Assembly (NCBI GenBank): GCA_964247055.1
Contig: OZ176053.1
Span: forward strand, 11,346,001 to 11,410,000
Reading direction: 5' to 3'
From: Paragordius varius
Taxonomy: Eukaryota > Animalia > Nematomorpha
DNA: 64,000 bases
Positions 54,072 to 64,000 of this stretch are shown here, in pieces. Under the pieces are notes generated by a model. It was not told the origin of the DNA, ran no database searches, and saw only the letters and a program-made list of their open reading frames with translations. Within the stretch, counting starts at the first letter, position 1; each line of letters starts with the position of its first letter. The translations under genes were made by a program, and so were the position numbers.

Positions 54072-57000
54072 ATGCGCCTGATATCTGCTTTGACAACGTT
54101 CAATCGAGCTTTTACTGGACAAAAGCTAAAATATTCGTCCATAATAAATTTACCCGAAACTCATGAAATGATACGGACAATGTGCAGAGATTTTGCAAGC
54201 AAGGAATTGGCCCCTATTGCTGGAAAACTTGATCAAGCAAATAATTTTCCCTATCAGCAGGTAAATTTTAAAAATAATAACTGAAAGGTTGAAAAATTGG
54301 GTGAATTAGGATTGATGGGATTAACGTTGCCTGTTGAAGTGGGTGGAGCAGGTTTAGATTATTGGGCTTATGCTATTGCTGTTGAAGAAATCAGTAAAGG
54401 CTGTGCGTCGGCAGGCGTTATAATGAGTGTTCATAATTCGTTGTTTGTAGAACCGCTGAATAAATATGCCACAAAGGATATAAAATCACGTTTGCTTTAC
54501 CCTGGAGCACCATTATTGACTGGGAAAGCGGTTGGGTGTTTTTGTTTGACAGAACCCGATAATGGAAGTGATTCTGCAGCTGCGAGCACTACAGTTAAAA
54601 CGGAAGCTTCATCCGTTCTTATAAATGGGACAAAGGTAGTTTATATTAATTTGTTATTTTGTTTTTAGTATTTTTATTGCTTCTTTAATAAAAATTTTTA
54701 GAGGTTAATATTTTTTGGATTAAACAAAAATTTTTGGATTTAATGTCCTTTTGTAACTATGTCTTTTACCTTTCATCAAACGCAAAAAATATTTGATTGT
54801 ACAAATATATCTTGGAATCAATCTGATTTTAGGTCCGTATATATTATGCAATTGCATTGTCTATTTTATATTTTTAACCCTGAAAGGTTTATATTTTTCA
54901 TATAAATGGGTAATCGTTTTGCTTAAAATTAACTAACCATTTTCCCCGCAAAGAAATTATTTTGATTTATTTAATATATGCTTTTGACTAACAATGCCCT
55001 TTTTGCAACGAGCAAATACTTTGATTATATAGTAGTATTTTTTGATCATATATGGAAGAAAACAACCATATATATATATGTATATACTCTTTTTAAAAAT
55101 CTCATTTTTGGATTAATTCCTGAAAATTAAAAATGTTTAGGCATGGATTACTAATGGCCCTAATGCTACAGCTGGTATTGTGTTTGCCAGTGATCGAGAC
55201 ATTCCCAACATCGACTCAAAGAGCGGAAAGCCTATGGCTAAAACTAAACGCATTTCAGCTTACGTTTTTGAAACTGGCCTCCAATCTACTCATGACAGTA
55301 CACCCACTTTGCAATCCGGAATAAGTTTTGGTATATATATGCATTATAATTTGCAAAAAAAACATTGCGAAATATGCAGAGGAAACATAAAAAGACGCAG
55401 TTTTTTTTATTAAATATTTGTTAATATTGGTGAAATTAAACAAAATATACAACAAATAAAATAAATTGAAATAAATAACTGGCAATAATTAAAACAAGAT
55501 ATATTTTAATGAATAATTTATTTTTATTTTTTCAAAAACACTGTATTAAATAGAAATAAGCCACTTATATAAGATTATCTCTCTTAGTGATCATAAATTA
55601 ATAACAATGATACATATTCAACTTTATTTCAATGTAAATTAACAAATGTACCATTAATTTTTGTAAATCTATAATTACCACATACATATATTATATCGTT
55701 GTCTCTTCTTAATATTTTTTTAATCCTTATTTACAATCTTACATTTTATTTCTATTTTTCAAGGTAAAAAGGAAGATAAATTGGGTATAAGGGCATCCGC
55801 AACTTCCAATGTTATTTTTGAGGATTACAAAACAAGTCCATCCCACTTGCTAGGCCAAAGAGGCCAAGGTTAATACGTTACTTATTTTATTGTATTAGTT
55901 CATGATTAATCATTTATATTGAATATTATATATATATATACCATTTACAGTTCAAATTCACCCTTGAACAATTCAAATTCACCCTAAAAATAAATTATGT
56001 GTTTTCGAACTAATATAACTCATTATTAATATAAAATATATGTTTATGGCATAATTAATTATTTTTTTCAGTATTATTTTAATTTAAAACAAAATTTTAT
56101 TTTTTAAAAATATATTAAAATATAGGTAATTTTTAATCTTAAAAACATGTTATTTATTTGAGGGGGAATTTGAATTGTTCAAGGGTGAATTTGAATTGTT
56201 TAAGGATGAAATTGAACTGTAAATGGTATATATATATACAGTTAGCTAGACCATTATAACCCTAATTGTTTAAATATGGTTTTATATAATTTGGATCAGG
56301 GGGAGGGTGTCCAACAAGTGGCCCCCCTCGAGACATTAGGTACGGATCGCGAAAAATTTGGAAACCCATGATTTGCAAAAATATGCTAATATACTTAATA
56401 TATATATTTTTTTAAATAAATTTTCGGAATAGGTGTACTTGATTGGCAATGAACTAAAAAAATTTTTATTGTTGTGTTTGCATTTTACAGTCCTATGTTT
56501 AAGAGATCTAACAAAATATTTATTAATGCCCATGGATATTTTAAATGTGGCCCGCCGAAATTTTCAAGTTAAAAATTGGGTCCGCGAAACATTTTGTGTT
56601 AGTGGACACCCCTAATTTATGAGAAAAAATAGTTTTATCCTCCTTTGGGCCATAAAATGGTACACATGGTCACAAAAACCATATGTACAAAAAATAGATA
56701 AAAGCATCACCCTACAAATATTTTAAACAAAATTGACTCTGTTGAGTTTTTATGCTTTCAGATTTTCAAATATTATACCCAATAAAATGATAAATCTATT
56801 ACGAATGCGCATAGCAAAGCGGTTCGACTTACATAAAACAGACTATGCAAAGACGGCCAAATTAATCAAAAAACATAATATATTATTTTACAGCTCAAAT
56901 TCTCTGAAATGAAATATCTGTTTTTCAATATTAAAAACTACCTATTTTTTATATTTTAAAAAATATAATTTCGTTAAATATTCACCAAATATTGAAAGAA

Positions 57001-59738
57001 TAATAGACTATACCATAAAGAAATAGTTGATGAGTTATATTAGCCCAAAAACACATAATTAATTTTACCGGTAAATTTGAATTGTTTTGCTTTATAAGTT
57101 TTAAATTAGCAGCCAAAAAGTAGATTAGATTGTATTGATTTTTGATTCAATTCTTTTAGGTTTCAAAATAGCCATGAAATGCCTCGATTCTGGACGGATT
57201 GGGATTGCTGCTCAGGCCTTGGGAATTGGTCAGGCTGCCTTAGACCTGGCTATTGATTATTCTATGAAACGTAAGGCTTTTGGTGCACCCATCAGCAAAT
57301 TACAGGCTATACAGGTATGGTTTTTACAAAGATATTTATAAACCACTAAAATATAATAACGCCTGACGGCTAAAAACCATTTTTTGAATTTACCTAATAA
57401 GGTCTGATTGTTATTTAATTCAAAAGTACTCAAATTACTAATACTTTTTACCTCAAAATTTGATATACTATATATACCATACCATTTACAGTTCAAATTG
57501 ACCCTTAAACAATTCAAATCACCAGGTCTATTTGTTATTTAATTTAAAAATACTTAAATTAATTTGATATGCTATCTATACCATTTACATTTCTAATTGA
57601 CCCTTGAACAATTCAAATTCACCCCTAAAAATATATTATGTGTTTTCGAACTAATGTAACTCATTATTAATATTAAATATATCTTTATGGCATAGTTTAT
57701 TATTTTTTCGGTATTATATTAATTTAAAACAAAGTTTTTATTTTTTAAAAATGTAAATATAGGTAATTTTTAATCTTAAAAAACTTATATTTTATTTTAG
57801 GATGAATTTGAATTGTTTAAGGGTGAATTTGAATTGGTTAAGGGTGAATTTGAATTGTAAATGGTATATATTAAATTTTTAAATTCGATCAATTTAAAAT
57901 GCGATTATTTTATTCATCATTACTTTTTAGTTATTTAATCCGTATATTTTAGATGCGATATTTTGATATATTAAATAGGGTATAGATTTGGATTTAAAGC
58001 ATTTTTATATATGTTTTTTTAGCTAAAACTTATACTTCATACTTTCCTCTAATAGTATGATTATTGCATAATAAAAATGCTTTTTAGCTTAATATATATA
58101 TATATATATATATAAATATATAATTAATATTATTATTATTATTTCAAAAATGGTGTAATAATTTGGCCCCATATCGGGTATTTTTTCCATTTTTTGCATC
58201 TATATAAAATTTGCAATTTGGGAAATTATAAATTCTTTAGGTTTTTTTAATAAATTGTTCAATTTGATTTAATTATTAGAAATGTAAATTTTTAATATTA
58301 ATCATCCTTCTCAGTCAGCTCTGGGTAAGTTAGTAGATTTTAAACTGTCATTAGTGTCCACTAACCTTTTAAAGAAGGGTGAATGAAAACCACAGCCTCC
58401 ATATTTTTATTAAAAACATAAAATGCCAATTTTATAATTACATATATATATATATACAATGCCATTATGTTTAGTTTAAATTAGCCGATATGCATTGTCG
58501 ATTAGACGCGGCAAGATTGCTGACTTGGCGTGCAGCGCAATTGTATGATTCCATTCGAGCTGATGGTATAAAAAATTTTATTACTGTAATGATATAACAC
58601 CCTTAAAATATTGTGTAATGCAAACGCTTTTTTTTAAGGTGGAAGATTAGATAATATCGAGATATCCTTGACTTTAAAAAGGGACAAAAATATAATGTAA
58701 TCTCATAATCTAGACTAGATAATACAACTTACACGTAATTAATCTCTAATTTATATTTAATTACAATTACAATCGGTTAGCTTATAAAGATAGTGGTGAT
58801 GCAGGCGGCATTAAACCAAAGAGTTTTACAAAAGAGGCCGCCATGGCTAAACTTATGGCTTCTGAGGCTGCAACTTTCGTTACTCATCAGGCCATACAAA
58901 TTTTGGGTGGTATGGGGTAAATAATATTTTCTTTCAACAATACATCTCAATTTTATCAATTTTTAGTTATAATTATATAAATATAATTCAGCTAAAATTA
59001 TATAAATTTATTATGATATTTCGATTACTACAAGTAATCTTTGTCAAACGTAAAAAATAAAATTAAAATATAAACTAAAATTTAAATTATAAAATAAAAA
59101 TATGTAATGAGATATATGAAACTAAAAAAACATGTGTGTATTGTTAATAAGAAAAAAGTTTGTAATGTTATTAATATTGTTGAGGTCCTTCTTTCTGTTC
59201 ATTATATTTCCTTCTTTGTTAATATAAAAATTTTCCTTTAATATTCTTTTTGTTCTCTTTTCCTCTCTATCGATAACTTCGGCATCCCAGTTTGTTTTAT
59301 GTTTGCATTTAAAGGCATGATATGCCAAAGCCGAATCATTTGTTTTATTCTTGCTAACTGCCGTTTTATGTTCTTTTATCATGACATCTAGTCCTATTTT
59401 TGTTTGTCCTATGTATACAAATTTGGTCTTGTTTGGATGGAAAAATTATAATGATTTCGGACATTTTACGTACTGGTGCGACCAATATCATAAATAACCC
59501 TATTTTTACATGAATACGATAATAATACATATGTTTTTACAATAGTCAAACGACTCACATAAATTTTTACTAAAATATCAATACCTATACCATATTATTA
59601 TTTGTTTAAAGGTATGTTAAAGACACCCCGGCAGAAAGACATTACAGGGATGCCAGAATCACTGAAATATATGAAGGGACTTCCGAAATCCAACGATTAG
59701 TTATAGCAGGAAATTTGCTCAAAGAGTATGCTCAATAG
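54072..59738 (+). CDS. ACADS: Short-chain specific acyl-CoA dehydrogenase, mitochondrial
   Basis: Exons 54072-54260, 54288-54635, 55141-55330, 55764-55868, 57160-57314, 58475-58565, 58781-58916, 59612-59738 splice in frame; motifs [84 protein letters not shown] (catalytic Glu); Arg/Ser/Thr-rich N-terminal targeting peptide. Confidence 0.95.
55937..56230. mobile_element. MITE family A copy inside a (TA)n tract in an ACADS intron
   Basis: (TA)n-CCATTTACAGTTCAAATTCACCC...GAACTGTAAATGG-(TA)n. Confidence 0.9.
56297..56613. mobile_element. hAT-type MITE in an ACADS intron
   Basis: GGGTGTCCAAC left and GTGGACACCCC right, with GTGGCCC subterminal motifs. Confidence 0.55.
57473..57868. mobile_element. 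MITE family A: end fragment (57473-57523) and full copy (57577-57868)
   Basis: TATACCATTTACATTTCTAATTGACCC...GAATTGTAAATGGTATA; another internal fragment at ~56905-57090. Confidence 0.85.
59013..59445 (-). mobile_element. Penelope-like element 3' remnant (GIY-YIG endonuclease and decayed hammerhead) in the last ACADS intron
   Basis: Open minus frame 59445-59122: [67 protein letters not shown]; downstream UUGACAA-A-GAUUAC(UUGUA)GUAAUC-GAAAUAUC. Confidence 0.85.
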
Positions 59739-60465
59739 GGGGCGCAAATAATTAATCTTTAATGATTTTTCGCAGTATTTTTGGCAAATTCATTCATTGC
59801 CTTAAAATTATACAGTATTAATTTCGGATGATATATATGATACAATTCATAATTGTCAAATGTTACTTTAAAGTTATATTTATTTATTCATATATTTATA
59901 ATAGTAAAATGGATATAAAATTTATTTTTGTTTTCATAATTATAATAGTTATAGTACTACCCATATATCTATAGCAAGATGTTTGATTTAATGAAAATGA
60001 AATATCACAACTTTTATATGCATAGTGTTGTATCTATACTTAACAATTTGAATGTAAAAAAGGTTTAAAAATGTATAAAAATTGGTTTTTTCGTTTGTAT
60101 CAAAATACTATTTTGAGCAACAAAATTGAAGTAAATGACGCAATATAGATTATGTGTGTATCATTGACATATATAATTAAATGTTAATTTGGTATGGTTT
60201 TTTCAATATTACATTAGGTCTAAATATGAAAATGACTTAGTTTTATTATATGATGCAAACATACAGTAAAAATTGAAACTATACGGCAAAACTCAAGAAT
60301 ATAAAGACATATTTTTTTAAAAGGCAACCATAAATTTTCAAATCTTAATTTATTTTATAAATGTTCAATGATTTATATAGTTGTATTTTAATAAATATGT
60401 GTCTTTATATTTTTTAAGTTTTGTCCGTATACTTTCAATTTTGACTTTATAATATGGAATCAAAC

Positions 60466-63400
60466 TTAATGATAAATCAATTTGGTGAACATGGTTAACA
60501 AAATGGTATTGCTAACAATCATTAAGTGTATCATATTAAATTGTGACTTCATTTTAGCAGCGACAGCATTAGAAACTAAATCGCCAGACATGTGAAAACC
60601 ATTTCCACTCTTAGGGACATGCACAGGTTTGTCTTCATGACCACAATTTAGATTCTTTAACATATTAATATAATTTTGACCCAAAAAGGCCCGATAATTT
60701 TGGTCTTGAATTTTATCAATAACTTCTAGCTTGATTGTGTCATCCTTGAAAAGGATGTTTTTGTTTTGTTGACCTTCGTTGGATCGAAACATGGAAAAGG
60801 TTTCTGGTTGTCTTTTCGTAACCTGACCAAACGTTTCTTGAGCCCGAACGAAAAGATTTTGAATAGTTTTACGATTTTGTGGGCTAAACGTGGCTCGTAC
60901 CATAATAGCCTCCGCAGGGACTTTGGTTAGATAACACCTATTATTATGAAAAATTTAGCGTATGTATATCAATTCTTAAAAAAAGAAAACCACTTAATTT
61001 CCTGAAAATACAATATTTCCATTCTTAGTAAAAAAAAGATCTATCATCCACATTAAAACTATAAAAACAAAGTAAAAATTGCAATTTTCATTTAAAATTA
61101 TAACTTGACTACAAACTATGTCTATCCTTTATGTGCAAATAAATTTTAGTACTCTTTCCATTTTTGTACGGGTTTTCGGGTACCATCTTTGCAAAGTAAT
61201 TCAAAATCTTCCGACAGTAAATTACGGGACCATTCATCTTGGTTATTTCCATCAGTGTTTGCCAAAACTGTCGTGTGCTTCATAAAAGCGACCGTTGGTT
61301 CTTTGCTTTCGACCAAACACCGAAAAGCCCCAGAATAATCATAGTATGGCTCTTCTGAACTCCTGTGTTGTGATGTAAAATACAAAAAAATCGAATTATA
61401 TAGGCTTGGCGCAATAAACTATCCCTATAATAAGAGAAAACTAAATTTATTAGGATATAAAACTAAAAAAATTTATTTTGCCACCTTTCATTTATTATAA
61501 CTGATTCGTAAAACAAAACTATTGAACTAAATAACCCATACAAAATAAAATAACTAATTGTGATTACGCAAAAATTTTATGTTATATAACTTTATATCTT
61601 CGCACTTCCAAAAAAAATACCTAGCACAAAATCCATTGCCTGATCCCTTACAGAGAGCACACAAATTATCTGCATTAGGTTCTTTGGGGTTCTTATAAAA
61701 TCGTGGATCTTTAGCCCCTGGGGCACAGCTCTTCTTAAAGAATTGACTAATGACTTTGGGGATATTACAACCCGTCTTTTCCAAGGTCCGTGCATCAATT
61801 TGTTTAGATTCAATCAAGTAATTTACTGGAACATTCCAGCCAGCCGTTTTACCAATCCCTGTGTGACACGATTGAACACCTATGTATATGTACATATATT
61901 AGCCATTAGTATACATTTGTTTAAGCAAATTATTAATCAACTATTTAAACTATGATAAAAATGGGAAAACTATCATATTCATTACTGTTTAAAGTTACCA
62001 TAAAATCGTAAACAAAAATTGAATTGTTATACAACAGTGTTTGGTTAAGTAACAATTTCCAAAAATTTATACGCTAAAACAGGGATCATCACAGATTTCG
62101 CGTGCCGTATTTTTAACTCAAAAAAACAGGTGGGCCGATTCACAATATATATGTGGGGATTAATAATTATTTTATGTTGCAAACAAGACTGTAAAAAGCA
62201 AAACAATGTTTTTAGGTTTGTTGCCAATTGGATAAGTTTTTTCAGGAATTTTTTTAAAAAATAACAACAATTTTATTAAGATTTTGAGAGCATAATTTTA
62301 CAAATTGTGTATTTCCAAATTTTTCGTGGGCCGCACATAATATTTCCGAAGGCTTTGGGTTGACACCCCTTGTTTAAAAGGGTATTTTCAGAGGGCAATG
62401 CTTAACAAAACAGGCAAATTTAGAAGTCGCCAAACTTTAAATCTGTATATTTATTGTAAATGAATTATCAGGATATAATTTTTAAAATTTTTTTAATTAA
62501 ATATACCTTTTAAATTTTTGATGTTAATATTGGAATTTCTTTTAACAACCGCTACACCATAGTAAGAGGCAGCATCACCTTGACCATAATTTTCATACAT
62601 GATTGGGACTAAACCATATTTCCTAACGAAATCAAAATGGGATATTTATTATAAAAGCAGAATATTTGTAGTTTACAATTTAATTCGAAAAAAATATTAT
62701 TTAATTGGTTAATAACTAAATATAAAGCATACAGTTTGTATAATAAAGGTAGTTTGTTAAGATAAAGCCGCAAAAATTGCCTGTCAATTTGTTTGCACAA
62801 TTAATAATATTTTCAATCCTTAACATTTATTTGGCCTGAGTATTGATTTAAATATATGGATAAATAACATATATTTGATATACCTAGTATCTCTAACAAC
62901 CAAAATCGTATTAGTTAACCAAAAATTCAAAATTATATATTTTTGTGGTGTCACTTAAACTAACCATGTTTATCAAATTACGGTTCGGTACTAAACAATA
63001 AACAATTTTTATACCTTATCTCTATTTTAACAAAGGGAATTGTAAATCCGTAAAAAAAGTTTTTCAAACAGCCACATTTCAATGATAAAGAAAAAGAAAA
63101 AAACTAACATTCCAGCCGTATACACGTCTCCCCCATCAAGTACAACTAAATCGGCATCACCCTTTGCTACTTTTTGCATACAAGCCTCGTGAGTTTCCCC
63201 TTTAACTGGAATAATTTTGGGTTTCCAACCCTTCATCCCAAACTCCCGAGACATGTCAGACAGTTTTTTGAGTTCGGCCGTTGAAACGACGCAAAACATG
63301 AGCGTTTCAACGTCACACATGGAATGTCCTTCAATGATGTTTGTGTAGGAACCTAACAAAAAAACAAAATATTTTTGTTTATAAATTGCCAGTTGGTTAA

Positions 63401-63782
63401 GAGATGAAGCTTTTAACAGTATCTTAAAAAAGGACATTTATTAACCATATATGAAAAACTACTTTTGCATAAAATTTTATAACTAAATAATATTTTAACT
63501 TTTAAATAGCCCCTAAATTGATAAATGTTATATATGACTATGTTAAATTTTACTGATGAATAAGGTCATAAAAATTTACAATATTGATGTTGATTAATTA
63601 TGAAATTCCTTTAAAACATATTATTAATAATCACCGAGGTAAGCTTGATAAGTGTTGCGATTACCCACATCAATGAGTTGAATGGTGGAATCTTTAAACA
63701 ACAAATCTTTTCGACCATATTCTTGCAGGCTATTTCCGAATAATTTGAATTCGGAAGTGTGGGTACCATTAACGCCAAACAA
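60466..63782 (-). CDS. MELTF: Melanotransferrin-like transferrin (end of N-lobe, C-lobe, GPI signal); 5' part not resolved in window
   Basis: Exons 63782-63635, 63352-63109, 62622-62507, 61879-61621, 61362-61153, 60937-60466 splice in frame; motifs [63 protein letters not shown] and a hydrophobic C-terminal tail. Confidence 0.9.
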
Positions 63783-64000
63783 CTATGCAAAAATAAATAT
63801 GAAAATACTTTTTACCTTTATAGAATTTTATAAAGGTTATGAAAAAAATCAACAATAATATTATTGTCATTTTTTGATTTTGTATTGATGCTTTTAGGAT
63901 AAAAAAGTTTTAAATATTCTAGTAACAAACCAAAATTTTTAATAAATTAATTATATATTTTAATCAGTTGGTGCAGCTCTGTAGGTGACTATATATAGTG

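Noticed and set aside
58865-58895. Minus-strand CUGAUGA-GUAAC-GAAA inside an ACADS exon
   Set aside because: No real stem II or III and poor stem I; explained by the codons for ATFVTHQA.
63553-63590. CTGATGA as a further hammerhead
   Set aside because: No hairpin or GAAA follows.

Overview
Very AT-rich, intron-containing eukaryotic DNA, most likely an invertebrate animal (inferred from gene content; species not identifiable). Hand-spliced genes: TP53I11-like membrane protein (+, 8146-13449); alpha-carbonic anhydrase (+, 23451-26032) with an extra CA-like exon upstream (21553-21702); POLE4/CHRAC1-type histone-fold gene (-, 26059-26338); intronless class A GPCR (+, 34362-35624); partial vWA-domain gene (-, ~47091-50014); short-chain acyl-CoA dehydrogenase ACADS (+, 54072-59738); and the 3' half of a GPI-anchored melanotransferrin (-, 60466-63782). 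The rest is mostly transposon debris: a Ty3/gypsy 3' end, an RTE/BovB-like LINE, Penelope-like remnants, a tRNA-derived SINE and at least six families of non-autonomous TIR elements, some nested. Best leads: (1) three minimal type I hammerhead ribozyme motifs in a retrozyme/Penelope-LTR-like repeat cluster at 27.5-28.5 kb; (2) two tiny GT-AG introns (25 and 27 nt) in conserved genes that sit among 0.1-3 kb introns; (3) an orphan CA exon that could be an alternative 5' exon lacking the His64 proton shuttle; (4) a convergent gene pair whose stop codons are 26 bp apart. All alignments were done by eye and reference proteins are recalled from memory; no searches were run.
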